From NCBI RefSeq assembly GCF_009914755.1, contig NC_060927.1: a stretch of 64,000 nucleotides of DNA, one strand, 5' to 3'. Positions 24,614 through 39,570 of the stretch are shown in pieces. The stretch is from the human T2T-CHM13v2.0 reference genome, Homo sapiens. The stretch's first letter is position 1. Every line of letters starts with the position of its first letter. Made by a program: the position numbers and the translations under genes. The notes under the pieces are model-generated. The model saw nothing but the letters and a program-made list of their open reading frames with translations, was not told the origin of the DNA and ran no database searches.

Positions 24614-27600
24614 CATATATACAGGTACAAACAGTGGACAAAGCTGCAGGCCTACCTCTTACCTGTGCCTTGGCACTCACATCACAGCACCTTGATCATT
24701 TATAAATAAAAAATAAAGCATTAGAAATACTTAACCCTCAAGGTGTTATTAAAACAGATCTTTTGGGTTTTGAAGTCAAGTAATATCTTATATATAAATG
24801 TAAGCATTTTATATAAATATTAAATGAAGAAATTTTTAAAAATTCCATGGAAGACTGTTTCCTTGGAATATGTATAGTTATATGAAACAGACTGTTGCAA
24901 GGACAATCATAATTGAGAAACAAGGTAAAACAAGGTTAAACAATCTTTCCAAAAGCTACCAAATTTTTGGAAACCTTTAATTTATCACTTTATATTATAA
25001 ATTTTTAAGAAGAAGGCATAATTTGCATAGTTTCTCCAACATATTTGAACACAGTATCTTTTGTTCACAGAATATATCAAAAGACTAATATTGCAAGAAC
25101 CATTTGTTTTTTTTAATTGTGTTAGAGAATCCCAAAACAAGAGCACAAATAGATCTCTTTTAATTCCATAGAAACAGTGTTCTGTATCAAAATGTAATAT
25201 CGCAACCCTACTTCCAACGGTGGCATATTTTGGTAACTGCTGTAGTGTGAACTATTGAACTATTTCTTCTGTGAATATGTGAATCTGGAAGGTCGTGCCA
25301 TAGTGCCAGACTTTCTGGATCTTTATTTAATTCTTAATGTTGAAGGGCTTGATATCTATATTTATATCTTCAATTATGGTTATAGTCATATAGATATACT
25401 TGTCTCTACTGATCTCTTACACCTTTATGTGATTGTAAAAGAGAACGAGAGTGATTACGCATTCATTTATTCAGCAAGTTTTTATTTCACACTTACTAAT
25501 TTCAAGACCTCGAGCCACAGTCTATGGAGCTCCTACCCTTAAGAAGCTTATGAATTTTTGAAATACATTATATAAGTATATAAATAAATAAAAATATAGG
25601 AAATTAACTATAGGTCTCATGTGAAAAATGTTGTAAAAATATCTTAGAGAAAGAAACGATGGCTTCTGGCTGTGGTTTTATGAAGCTTTTGTCGTGGATT
25701 CTATTGGGTAGATGAAATTTGAACACACAGAGATAGGATGGGTGGGTTATAACCCCAACCAAGATAAATGCCTGCATGGAAAAGAAAGAAACATGGGAAA
25801 GTATGCAGTATAATTTAGGTTGCTTAGAGTAGGAAGTGGACAGCTAGAACAAAAAGAGGAGGCGTACAGGGAAATTCATAATGGGCCTGATTGGCACGAC
25901 CTTAAACGCCAGGCACAGAGTTAACAGGCACCCACCGACTCCTGCAGACTTTTTATTACAAGATGATATGACCTCAGCATGGTTTATAAAGAAGTATAGG
26001 TCTCAAAAAGTAAGATAGGTTACACTTGAAAGTCCTCTTCTTTCAGAAAGTGGAGACGAATGCAACAATAATTAAAATTTGCCACTGAGCTACAGCTACC
26101 ATTAGCATTGTTGGGAAAATTCAAAAATGATTTCTAGCTCCAGACTCTTAACACTGAGCCACTGAGCAGTTCTGTTGGATGGTTGGATGCACAGCAATAC
26201 TTTAGAGATATATGTCTCACTTTTCCCTCTTGGACACGACCTTCTGCATCAGGGCACATAAGTGCCCTGTCTTAAGCTGCATCACAAGGCATAGTCACTA
26301 TAATCTGTCAGGGAAAAACAAATAGAGACTAAGCTGGAATTGGAAGCAGCATTGGAAGGGCTGCCACGTCTCCATCACAATATATTCAGTATCAATGCAC
26401 AATATGCAGTGAAATCTAATATCAGCTCCCTATTCCCCCTTGTATAAAAAAATGGTGACAGTACTTTTTCATTATGGCTCAGAATCTTTTTTTCTGGACT
26501 CTTCTGGATGCCACTTCTTCCACACAAGATTAGAAATCTTTGCTTCTTCCCATGTTATTCTGTCCACCTTTTACTAAGAAAGGTTGTTCTCTTTAGAGTT
26601 TTAGCATTATTTTCTAGTTTTCTGCTTTAGTTTTTGTTTCAAGTTCAAATCTTTATCGCCTGATTTCAGCGGGGTTTTGCAACCTCCAATCTTTTCCACA
26701 GAAATATTTGCCACTGTTTTGTGTCATCAGCGGCAAGAGCTTTCACTCGTTGAGATGGGTCTTCTGCTTTTCCCAATAATGTGTACCTTGTAGGAATGAG
26801 AGGCAGCTGATACTCTTCTTCTGTAGAGGAAAATCACTACCTTATTGATATCGTAACAGAAAACTGATTCTTCTGCTGGGCTTGATGGTGCTTCCTCTAC
26901 GACAATATTAAACACCTCCCTGACAACAGAAGCTCAGGGAATACTTTGACATTTGTGTTTGTTATTTGGTTTGTTTTGTTTTAATGCTTTATTCCATTTT
27001 ACCCTCAGTGTTGGAATGGGAGAGAGAAGAGGTCAGATACAGCAAACAGAAGGAGATATAAATCTGAGTAGGAATGAGGCTCAATCTGAATTTGATGGAT
27101 AGTCAATGAACAAATTCAGCAAGTATTCATGAAGATGTGTGGGCAGATGACCCACAGGCCCAGTCCAATTTGTCTAGATAGCATCCTACTGGGGAAGAGC
27201 TCAACTTTTTAAATACTCCAGGCTTCTCACCTTTAGCGTCTGGCGTATATAGATGAGAGGGCACGTAGGGATTAGGGATGGGGAGGAGACCAGGGAGGAA
27301 GAAGGTAAGGCATATATGTATAAAGGTTCTGGAATTAAAAGTAGGGAAGTTTATTGTGAAGCACTGAATCATGTTTCTAGCTAAAAGATCCAGAGCCTCC
27401 ATCAGAATAGCCTAATAAAATAGATCTGATGGTTAAATGTAGGTGATACTTATGGCCATATCACTCACCCTGTATTCCCAAGGTTTTTATTGCACTAATA
27501 GTTTGAAACCACCAACGTTTGTGTTATCATGATGCTACCATAAGACTCTCTACCCCCTTGCAGTTCTATTTTTTAACATGATATTTGCAGTTGTTTCTCC

Positions 27601-27824
27601 CATGTTATTGAGAAAGTCAGTCAGTAGGCATCTCTGTGTCTGCAAATGTGTCTCTCCCCTTTGTGTAAAAGGTTAGTGAACCTCAACTAGTACAAGGTTC
27701 ACATTTTTTGAAGAAATATCAGTGTGTTTGCCTTTCCATTAGAGGGTCACTTAGAGAAACTCTATGTACATAGTGCATTCTTGGTTACTTGCCTCAGTCC
27801 CATTAATTATTTCTAAGCTAGTGG

Positions 27825-28969
27825 TGTCATGGGATCCCTACAGTGTAGCTCCTCCAGCTGGAAGTTTCTGTGGCTGTTGCCACCTTTGCCCAAGTTTTGC
27901 TTGGGCCTGCTGGGCTTATTCTGCCCACTCAGCCTGTCAGGCTGCACTTGGCTCATGCTACCAGCCCAGATGCCACACTGCCAAGGGTGTGGAGTGGCAA
28001 GGGGTGTGTGAATGAGAGAGCATGGGATCCAGCCATTGTGCACACGGTGGCACACCAGTTGCTGTGGAAGGGTAGGCAGCTCCAGGCACCAGCATAGGCA
28101 TCAGCTCTGTGCAAGGCTGTGGTTTGACCAGGTGTAACACAAGCAGCTTCCACTGCGGGCAGTGGGGAATGCAATGGTGCCTGGAAGCTTGGAGACACCA
28201 GGAACCACAGAGCCCCAAAGGGGGTGTCACACCCTGGCTCAAGGAGCCCTTAAGTCTGGCCTCCCTGAAAGGCCAGAGCTCTTCTCTCCTTGTCACTTGC
28301 AATGTGGCAAGCACAGGCAGCAGGGGTGGGGAGTGTTGGGCATGTTTCAGCCCTGTTTGCATTACATACATGTCTTTCAGTTCCACCATTCAGCAGGTGT
28401 TGAGATCTTCTCCCATGTCAGGGAAGAATGAGGTATGCAGACAACTAGAGGGTGAGCAAGGTGGAGAGGTACTTTATTGAGCACCTCAGTATAGCCCTCA
28501 GGAGACTCAGAGTGGGTAGCTCCTTTCCACAGGCAGATCATCCCAATGTCTGCAGCCCTCAGTGGAGAGGAGACCCGGAGTGGGTAGCTCCTATCTGTAG
28601 GCAGGCCGCCTGACTCTACCTGAGTCTGACTGAGTCCGGGGGTTTTTATGGGGTTCAGAAGGGAGGAAGTCTGTGTTAATTGGTCCATGGGTGGCCACAG
28701 GCAGGCCCAGTAAAAGAACCATAAGTTCTCACTTGGAGCCACGACTCCACTGGGAACATGGGGGACAGCCTGGCAGGGATGCCGGTGTTTGCAGCCGTGG
28801 CTGGGTGGCTGCAGCTGTGCCCAGGAGGATGGGGCTCCCATCCCACAAACTCAGAAGGCTTAGGTGGTGATCCCACAATCTCCGTGGAGCATGCAGCCCT
28901 GGTGGCACCTTCCCTGCTGCAGCTGCTATCTTCACAGCTACCGCTACAGACGGGCTGCTGCTGCAATCT
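27825..28969 (-). mobile_element. MER52-like ERV1 solo LTR
   Basis: GC-rich LTR with MER52 motifs (gggaagaatgaggtatgcagacaactagagggtgagcaagg; tandem gagtgggtagctcct units); exact 4-bp TSD GTGG (27821-27824 / 28970-28973). Confidence 0.85.
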
Positions 28970-29139
28970 GTGGAAATTTCAGAAACAGGAAAATCACCTG
29001 CTCTCTCAAAAAACAGGATGCTCATCTGTCATTTTCAAGTGTTTTAAATTTTTGATTCAGAAGAATAAAGCTACATTTTCAAATGAAATGTGCAAGCCAA
29101 TTTCATCCTTTTGAAAGAGAAAGGAATTAGTTAAGGTGC

Positions 29140-29340
29140 TTAATAGTAATGTAACAGAGAGCAATGGCCTGAGACTGAAAAAAGTAGCAATTTAAATTGG
29201 ACATTAAGAACATTTCACTTAAAGCAAGGCCAATTATACAGTGAAATAACTTCCTAAGGGAGAAACAGTGAGATGCCATTAAAAGAGTTGTTAAAAGGAA
29301 CATAGATAAAAAACACTTGCAGCTGAATCTGCTGAAGGAT
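29140..29340 (+). mobile_element. L3/CR1 LINE fragment
   Basis: agagcaatggcctgagactg...atttaaattggacattaagaac resembles the CR1/L3 3' region. Confidence 0.45.
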
Positions 29341-31839
29341 CATTTTATGATTTATTGCCTTGCTATGCCTATATGTCTTTCTCACTGGAGATTTACCTGG
29401 CTTGGTTAGCTTCCTTTACATGCTGGCAAGACTCATATTGTACCAGAGGACTAGGATGTCTGTATTCCATTTTTCTTTATGCAAAATGTAAAGCTCTAAA
29501 TGAATTTGGTGAAAGAGGCAAGTGGAATGTAGAGAGCTAGTGTTGTGAAAAATCTACATTGTGTTAGTGCCCTAGGGTTATTTTTGGCATACACATGCAT
29601 ATGCACACACAGACACATATATACACACAAACAAACATGTATGTCTATTTAATGTCTAATTCTGTTGAGTATTTATCTATATATTATTAAATTTTATTTA
29701 AACTTTCTTCAAGAAATTAATTGATGGTTTTTTTTCAAATTGGTGGCTCTTCATCAGTCTGTATTCCTGGGCTTGGGGACGCATACATAACAAGGATATG
29801 ATGTGGATTCCTCCACACTGCCATATTGCTATACCTACAACATGGGATATAAAAAGCATCCTTTAACTTATGTAAGAAGTCCTGAATTTGAATACCATCC
29901 CCCACCACCACCACATACACACACTCAAACACTCGCTGTGGAATTTGTGCAAGCTCCTTAACCTTCTGCGATTTTACATTCTACATTTGTGAAAGGAAAA
30001 GAAAAATGCCATATTGGCTAAGCAGTGTTCATTTATAGAGGTTAAGCCAATTTTTATTATACTTTTGTATATTGTTCTAAATGAACCAAAAGGCTGACAT
30101 ATTGACCTGAAAGATTCCCTGAAATTCTTACTATTAATGTACTTCCTGGAAACCTATACATTTTTAGTGGATATTTTGAGTTTTCTCTTATGCTGTCTTA
30201 AAGTGCCTTCACAAAGGAATTCCTCTTTGGAGACTTCTGTTCAGATCAGGCTGTTTCCCAACTCATTCAGGAGAAGGGGCATGCCTGACCCTCACTCAGC
30301 CTCCGTTGGTTCTCACCACTTTCCTTTCACTACAACTGCATTCGAAACCCCATCTTCCTGACTGTGGGGTCCATCTTCTTTCTTTAGACAGGTTATTCAG
30401 TCTTTGGGTCATTATCTACTAATCTCCAAAGTAGAGATAATGACTCCTCCATCACTTGATGGCTTTAGGAACAAAGTGAGATTTCAGATAGGAAGCTCTG
30501 TCTAAGCATCCATCCCTGGAGTTTCCAGTGCAGTACCATGTCCCTAAATGCTCTGATCAATTGTGAAATTTCGGTGATTCATGTCCAGTAAATGGAGTGG
30601 GTGGTAGGGAATGAGACTTTACGATTTCATGTATTTAGGAAGATCTAAAAGTGTCTCTGATGATCAGTTAGATTAGGGTTAGATGACCTTTGAGATCCAT
30701 GACAGCTCTAAGAGACACTAATGACCTATGTAGAATATTTCTAGATCATGATACACAAAATCCAATTCATCTAGGTTATTCAGGGCAATAAGGGTGTTTA
30801 GGGTAATTTTCTGAGTGTAATAAGGGATACTCAAGGCCATGGAGATTTTTTTTCTTTTAGAAGGTACAAAGCTTTCAGGGACAGATAGAATTTGGAGAGA
30901 TCTGCAAAAAATTTAGTCATCCTTTACAGAATTTATTTAAAAAATTAATATTACTGTCCACCTGCAGGCCTTATACTATAAGGAATAACAACATTTGTAT
31001 AGTAGTCATTGTGCTTCAGAGGGTGATGCAACAAACATGAAGGTGAGGGTGATGTGTGTCGATGTTTTAATTAAAGGCAAACTAGGCAGAAAGCCTGCTT
31101 TGTCCAGGCTGCCAGGAATGACCAGCCCTTCTTGTCCAGTGCATGTTTTTCCTAGGCATTGTATCCTTGGAGATGAAGTCAATGGCAGAAGACAAGGGGA
31201 AATAATTTTTATCTTCTATTTTTTTCTGAATTATTTTGCTATTTTGAAATTAAGGCTTCTTGATGTATTTATTAAATATATGTTCATGTTATACAAATTA
31301 ATTTTGTTGTGGTCTCCAAGGAGCCTTTCTTACATTTCAGAATCTAAATCTGAATTTTTCTGTGTTTTCTGTTTCTCTGAAAAAATATAATATCTCTATA
31401 TTTATTGAATGGGCAGGAAAACAATTGTGATTCAATGTTTGCCTGTGGCTGTAATTTATCATTCCTTTTTCTGAAATTAAACAAATGGTTCTCCAATTAA
31501 TGCCTTTATACCTGTCTTCATAGAAAATTACTCTCAGAGCAAAACACAGGAATAATTTATTTTCACCTAGGAAATAGCATTCTTCTCTCTAATAGACAAT
31601 AATGTCTTTGAAATTCATTATTTTTACCTTTTCACCCTGGCTGCTAGGAAGCTTGTAGCTAGTTTTTGCTCTTTAAAGCTTTCCTCATCAATACAATGTT
31701 AACAGAGTTTAGCCTTTGTTCCACTATTGCTAATCAGGGTATATTTTCCTTATGGTATAAATTGTTTCTATTCTCACTAAGATGTTTTATTTAGTAAGAT
31801 ATACTTCATAAACTTTTTAGGTATAGGTGAAGGTATTTA

Positions 31840-33030
31840 TTAAATCAATCAATCTTTATCTCACACCATACACAGAATTCAATGACAGATGTATTGTAAA
31901 TGTACTTGTAAATGTTGAAGCTATAAAGCCTTTAGAATAAAACAGAATCATATTTTTATGGCCTCGAAGTAATCAGAGATTTCTTAAAGAGAAAAAAAAA
32001 AGCTAATGATAAAGGAAAAGATTATAACTTAAACTTTTTAAAATGAATAATTTCTTTTCATCAAAAGTCCACTAATAAAATACTGAAAAAGGAGGCACAA
32101 AATAAGTTAATCTATGTATAATCCATGTAAATTGCAAGTCACCGGTACAAGACATATAGAAAATACAAATATTTCTAAAATCCATAAGAATAAAACAGTA
32201 AAGTCAATAAAATAATGAGCAATAGAAGTTGAATATGTACTTCAAAAAAGATGAAGCTTTCCAATAAATATGGAAAAAGATGTGCAACCTAATTATCCAT
32301 TATGGAAATGCAATTTAAAACCATATGAAATATTACTATCTAGCCACCAAAATAGCTAACATGAAAAAAAAGGAAAATATCAAGTGCTAGAAGGGGGTGG
32401 AGCACTGAAAACTCTCATGCATTGCTGGTGGGAGTAAAAATTGGTAGTCATTTTGGAAAACTGTATGGTAGTATCCATTAACATTAAATGTAGGCATAAC
32501 CCTCTATTTGTATATTCAACAAAAATAATGCATACACTAAACAAAATATGTGTTCAAGAATGTTTACAGCAGCACCATGTGTAACAGCAAAAAAAAAAAT
32601 TAGAAATGACTGAAAGTTCATTAACATAGAATGGATAAATATCTTGTGGTATTTATTGAAATATCACAAATTCCATAAGTTATACAATAGAAAATTATAT
32701 ATCAATGAGGATAAATCAATTAGTGCTACCTGCAAAAACAAGAGTGTACTTTATAAACACTGTTGAACAACAGAAGTCAGTTATAAAATAGTACATATCA
32801 TCTGATTCCACTCATGTAAAGCTCAAGTAATCTATGCTGCAAAACCAGTATAGTTTTTACCTTTAGAGAGCTATACAAGGGCGACACAAGGGTGCTGATA
32901 GTCTTATATATGTTTTTATCTATGTGTTGGTTATCCAGGTTTGCTCAGTTTATAGAAATTCATCAATCTTTCCCCCTCTTCTTTTTTTGATCACGTTTCT
33001 GTATGTCTGTTATACTTTCAAATTATTGAA
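31840..33030 (+). mobile_element. Old L1M (L1ME/MC-type) ORF2 end plus 3'UTR relic
   Basis: tatctcacaccatacacag; ctctcatgcattgctggtgggagtaaaaattgg; agaatggataaat. Confidence 0.8.
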
Positions 33031-33917
33031 TGATTAATTAGTTCTCTCTGGGAAATACCTCCTACCAACCCCTTTCAATTGTAAAATATTCTCACTTTTT
33101 CATCTTCTTGACAAAATGATAAGAAGTGTTCTGGTGATAAGTATTTTAAAATAACATTTTCATCTGGTAGAATATGTTTTAATGAGAAGGGGGTTGATTT
33201 AAAGTACTTTCTATTTTTTGTACGTGTTGGTTTCTTGTTCAAGTATGGAAGGCAAACTTAAGAAATCTTACAAATTAGTAATTATCTCTGTGGATTACTC
33301 AGTGTTGTGATTTTAACTACATTGATCATGACTGTCTCTTGAAATCATTGATTATAGAAGATCCACGCCACTTTTTAGAATTCTTTAGAACTGCCTGGAG
33401 TCCTGGTTCCAACAGAGATGGGATTGTGATAAGTCCTGTTGTGACAGAAAATATATTCAGTGTGTATGAGATGCTCCCTCTCACCCTCAATTGGATCCTT
33501 TCTCTTGAAAGGTGGAAGCGTCTCCCTCCAGCCCTGTGTGAAAATTGGAGGACCCACTGCCTTCTCTCTGACATCTTGGACTAAGAATCATATTTTCAAC
33601 TTTTAAAATTTGAAAACAATGACATCCGTGTATAAAAGAGAAGAGATTTTAAAAGGATTTGCTTTTTATCATTCAGAAGCAGTTCTTCATTTCTGTATCA
33701 ATCAGCTTTACACTGGATAATACTGCACCAACAAAAAGCCCAAGTACTTAGAGGCCTACAAAGCAGAATTTATTACTCACTCATGCTACAGGTGTCTCAT
33801 AGGTTGGAGTTAATCCTACCCCCTGTGTTGTTGGTATTAAGACCCATATTATGGCCTGATCAGCAATTGTGCTCAGACCTTGTTTGAGCTTGGTTGAACT
33901 TGGTTCATTGAGACTCA

Positions 33918-34282
<365 letters not shown>

Positions 34283-34768
34283 TTAGAGGACCTATGATGT
34301 TGACAATCATCCCTGCACCCTTTGGGTCTTTAATGGTGATACAACTCTCTGCCAACCACCTGGCTCACAATTAGGATACTATTTTGATTTTTTTTTTTGT
34401 CCTGGCCAAGGATAAGGGACAGTTTCAGAGGTTTCCTCTTGGCCTTCCCCACTATGATGGTCTCATGTGCAGGTCAAGGATTCTATGTAGAGGCTACTCC
34501 AACTGCCAGATTCGACAATTTTCATTAGACATTTAGGAACTGGAGAAATGACTGCTACATGGGATGGTAAGTCCAGCAGGTGCACTATGAGCCCAAATTA
34601 GCCGGGTTTCTATTTATTGCCTGGACCATGTAAACCCTATTCTGACAGGACCTGTGATGACATTTTAGGTGTCCAGATGCCTATCAACATGAATGTGGAC
34701 TCTGTGTCCAATAATCCTTGAAATGTCTGGATATGCCCCTGTCTCCAGCATATAGTCCAGTAAATAGC

Positions 34769-35614
34769 TGTGATAGTTAACTTTATGTATCAACTTGACT
34801 GGATAAGAGGATGCCCAGATATGTGGTTAAACATAATTTCAGGATGTGACTATGAAGGTGTTTTTGGAAGAGATTAGCATTTGAATCTATAGACTTAGCA
34901 AAGTGTGCTTCCCTCCCCATTGTGGGTGTACATCATCCAATCTATTGAGGGCTTGAATAGATCAAAAAGGGGAAGGAATGGAGGCTTCACTCTCTCTCTG
35001 CCTGACTGCTTGACCTAGCACATTGGTCTCTTTTTGACCTTGGTGATCAGGCTTTCAGACTCAGACTGACATCTACACCATTAGCTGTCTGGCTCTTGTG
35101 ACTTTGAGCCACACCACTGGCTTTCCAGAGTCTCCAGCTCGCAGAATGCATATTGTGGAGTATTTCAGCCTCCATAATAATGTAAGCCAAGACTGTATTA
35201 TATATATACATATATACAGTCATGTGCCACATAGCAATCTTTCAGTCAATAATAGACTACATAAATAATGGTGGTCCCAAAACATTATAATACCTTATTT
35301 CTAGTGTTTCTTTTCTATGTTTACATATGTTTAGACACATAAATACTTACCATTGTGTTGAAATTGCCTACAGCATTCAGCACGGTAATATGCTGCACAG
35401 GTTTGCAGCCTAGGAGCAATAAGCTGTACTATACAGCCTAGGTGTGTAGTAGGCTATACCATGTAGGTTTGTGTAAGTACATTCTATGATGTTTTCACAA
35501 TGGTGAAATTGCCTAATGACACATTTCTCAGAATGTATCCTCTTCGTTAAGCAACATGTTAACTGTATTTATATCATATTCATTCTGTTTCTTCAGAAAA
35601 CCATGACTAATACA
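34769..35614 (+). mobile_element. MLT2 (ERVL) LTR with nested Tigger3
   Basis: Begins tgtgatagttaactttatgtatcaacttgactgg and ends gaaaaccatgactaataca. Confidence 0.85.
35217..35565. mobile_element. Tigger3a-like TcMar MITE
   Basis: cagtcatgtgccacatagc ... gttaagcaacatgttaactg terminal inverted repeats with TA on both sides; ~350 bp. Confidence 0.85.
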
Positions 35615-36439
35615 ATGCCTATAAGTCCCTTTGAGGAAGCCCTGAGAAAAATCATCACAGTATATGCTTGCCACAGTGCTGCAGGGTCCTTCTGTGTATT
35701 CGGTGAATAAGTTCTGGATGTGAAAACTGGCTCAAATATGGGAACTGAGCAAGAGATTGTAGCTTTTTGTTGGATCAATCACTTTTAACCTCCTTCTCCT
35801 CCGCTTTTGCTTTTTTTTTGGTGGTAGATATTGTCTGCCTATTTTGTTCCAAGGAGCATCATACTGTGTCAACCATCTCTACAACTCCCTTCAGGGCAAA
35901 CATTCTGGGCTGCCTTTCCAAATTGATCTGTCATTGCAGTAACTGTGGCCCCTAGCTTCCAATGGCTAAGCATAGCCACCTTACACTATCAGTCCAGGGA
36001 ACCATCATTTCTATGGATATTAACACACCTAGCTCTATAACCTCTCTCTCCTACCATCAGCCTGGCCTGCAGAGAAGGCCACCACTGATCTTAAAAATGC
36101 TAGTTTCCTTCTCACCACCACATCCCCTGCTGATCTTCATGAATTATCATAATGTCCTGATGTCCTCTGGGCCCTCCTATGAAAGATAAACCTCTGGTGG
36201 GTTCTCTGACTTTTTATAGTATATCCATTCCACCAAGCCCATTTCCTCACCGTTCTTATTCTTCCCTCTACCATCTCTCAGGGAAGCTTGGGCTTTTTTT
36301 CTTCTTCAGGGCTGACCATCAGCTTTTCCAGGACTCTAAGAGTCAGTCTGCTCAGTCACGTAGCTGCACTTCACTGAAAGTAGAGTCTGGGAAATACATT
36401 GCTGATTAGAGGGCCACTTAACAGCAAGAACCCTACAAT

Positions 36440-39220
36440 ATGGAAATAGAAACACAAACCTTTGGTGGAAAGTGAGTCTTTTCTATCACTAAGAATCAAT
36501 AAAGCTAAAATTAAAAGACTAATGAGATGTTATAATTTTGATGGGACTGATAAAAAAAGAGAATACAGTGTAAATAAAAAATAAGTCAATACTCTGACCA
36601 TTTATATGCCAATACATTTGAAAAAGAGAAAAAGTATTTGAAAATTATTAATTATCGAATTGCTGACAAGTAAATACAAAATCTGGAAAACATGATGAAA
36701 ATTTTTAAAAATACATATTATAATTAAAGATATTCCAACATCCAAATACCAGTCCCAAAAATTTTACTAAGCAATCTTACATACATTCTTCCAGAGATGT
36801 TTTTAAAAGGCAGCCCCCACAAAAATATCTGAGTCTGCTAAAACCATGAAATCAAAACAAAACAATAAGAAAAAAGTCAAATTACAGTCCTCTTCATTTA
36901 TGAAAATAGTTGCAAAAATTCAGATTAAAATATTAACAAATGGAACTCAACTATGTCTATATATGTTGCATTGACAGATCACATGCATTTATGTATATAT
37001 CCTAACCAAGTTGGTTTTATCCCAGGAATGCAGGACGGTTTAAAATTGGTAAAATTAATTAATACAATTTGCCATATTAACGGATTAAAATATAAAGTTA
37101 TCTCAATAGATGCTGAAAAACAACTATTTGATACAGTCTAACATGCCATTGATTAAAAACAACAAAATATCTCTATCTAGCTCACTAGGCTAAAACAGTA
37201 AGTGTTTTAATTGAAGAAAAAATGTATCTAACACAAACTTATAGAAAACATATTACAAATGACACACTAGATGCATTCTTTTTAAAATTAAGGACTCTCA
37301 AGGATGCTTGGTAATAAACATATTTATTGATTATCATATTGGTTATGTAAACCAATGCAGTTAAGTATGGAGAAGCAATAAGGGATATAAAGATTTGCAA
37401 AGAATTAACAAAGCCGTCTTTCCCACATAATAAGATTGCATACATAGAAGAACCACGTAACTATAAAGATAAAATATCATAATTTATAAAATAAAAATCT
37501 CATATAATCAAAACACAACATATAACAGATTAAAATATGTACTTTATTAATTAGAGTAAAACATAAGCAGCAAACATGAAAAAATAGAGAAGATATACAT
37601 AAAAAGTGTATGTAACTTACAAGACTAAAAAAAATACATATCTGTACCGATGATATGAAAGAACTTTTCAATCAAAAACAGTAAAAATTTTGAAGCACAT
37701 GTAAAAGACCTAAATAAATGAAACATACATTTTGTTCAAGATGTATATTTCACTGATAACTCAATTTCATACAGATGTTAAGACAACAATAAATTAATGT
37801 ATTCATAGGGATAAAATAAAGGGCCCAGAAACAGACACATTTATATATGAAAATAATGCAATGCCAACTGCGGGAAAATAATATTTCACCTAAAACCACA
37901 AAGGAGACTGTTTTTAATCTCTATAAAAATAAAACTAGATTCTTATTTCACAAGAGACACACAAATAACCTTGAAGTAATTAAAATTCTTAAAAAAATAG
38001 CAAAGTCATAAAATGTTAGGAGAAACTAAAGAAAAATGTCTTTATGCCCTCAGGTTATTACAGATTTGTTTAGAGAGGACAAAATATCACAATAAAGGAA
38101 AGTTATTAATACATTTTGATTATCATAACATGTAAAACTTCTCTACAAAATTTCACCATTTCAAGGTGAAAAGAAATACTATTAACTCCAAGAGATTGTG
38201 GGTCTGTATTCAAAATATAAAAAGAACATTTGTAAATCAATAAGAAAAAGACATACAATCCAATGGAAAGATAAAGAACAGAATTGAACAACCAATTTAT
38301 AAAGTAGTAAACTTGATAATGAATAAATATTTAAGTAAATAATCTCACAAATGATCTTGGAAACGACAATTTTAAAATTCTTATACCATTTTACTCTTAA
38401 TCGCATTATATGTTGCATTATATGTTATGTTTTGGTATAACATTTTTATTGTATACATTGCGATTTTTTTTCTTTATAGTCATTTGGTTCTTCTACATAA
38501 GCAATCCTATAATGTGGGAGCGACAGCTTTGTTAATTCTTTGCAAATGCTATACCTCAGCACCTAAAATTTTACTTACAGAAGAACACCTAAGAATACCC
38601 CCTTGCACAGGTAAATAATATTCTTCTTCAAGGGAATATTTAATGGGCAGTGTTTTTACTTGCACAGGTAAATAATATTCTTGTTCATGAGAATATTTAA
38701 TGGCCAGTGTTTTTAAAAGAGGAAACTTTGAGTCACCCAAAATGCCTAAGAGTAGGAGAATGGACAAATTTTTGCATTAATAACATAACATATGATACAA
38801 CAGTAATATGAGTGAGCTACAGTTGTACATAGTACAGAAAAATCTCAAAAACATAAATTTGTGATAAAATATACAAATAGAGGATAAATAAAATATGATA
38901 CTTATATAAATTTGAAAGCAGAAATACTACTATATATGATTTATAAATATAAGTAAATACAGTATAATTAAAAACATGTAATAAAACATATATGTGAATA
39001 ATTACCACTATATTCAAGCTAGTAGTTAATTCTGGGGAGAACAGGGTAAAGAATGGAATGGGTATATTTACACAAGAAGCTTCAAATAGGTATGAAATAC
39101 ATGATATGACACAAATGTAAAAAAACGATGATTTCACAAAAATAGATGGCTAAACACCTGATTGTTTGCAAAATTTATTCTCTGTATTTCCTGAAACTTT
39201 GACATTTCAAAATAAACATT
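36440..39220 (+). mobile_element. Old L1M ORF2/3'UTR relic
   Basis: ORF 36953-37141 retains [10 protein letters not shown]...ISIDAEK of the L1 ORF2 RT region; A-rich; heavily decayed. Confidence 0.85.
38602..38715. repeat. 57-bp tandem duplication (2 copies)
   Basis: cttgcacaggtaaataatattctt...aatatttaatgg.cagtgttttta occurs twice, head to tail. Confidence 0.9.
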
Positions 39221-39528
39221 TTAAGATACATAGAACAAAATGTGTTGTGTTGTTTGTTTTAGTTTTATTTCTTCACCTTTGAGTCTTCACTTATGGTATT
39301 GGTGAATCTTTGTTATTGAGAAATATCCTACATTCCTTCTTATAAACATTATAACTTATTAAAGAGACAACTGTGTGGAGACTTGATAGTTGGTCCATGA
39401 GCACTGCCATCATTCCTTCCCCTGTCTTAGGAGACATGTTGCCTCACATAATCATCTGAATACTAGCCAGCTAGGCATAAAACTTTCTTAGCAGAGAAAG
39501 TAGAGGGAAAGCAATATTTATGAAAGAA

Positions 39529-39570
39529 GTGTGTGTGTGTGTGTGTGCACGCACGCACGCGTGTATGTGT
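39529..39570. repeat. (GT)n-(GCAC)n alternating purine-pyrimidine tract
   Basis: gtgtgtgtgtgtgtgtgtgcacgcacgcacgcgtgtatgtgt. Confidence 0.9.

Noticed and set aside
26450-26930. Possible ancient RTE/L4-like LINE or pseudogene on the minus strand
   Set aside because: Only a vague resemblance; no motif I can identify confidently without a Dfam/BLAST search.
27764-29114. Dense cluster of overlapping ORFs on both strands
   Set aside because: Expected stop-codon scarcity in a GC-rich LTR.
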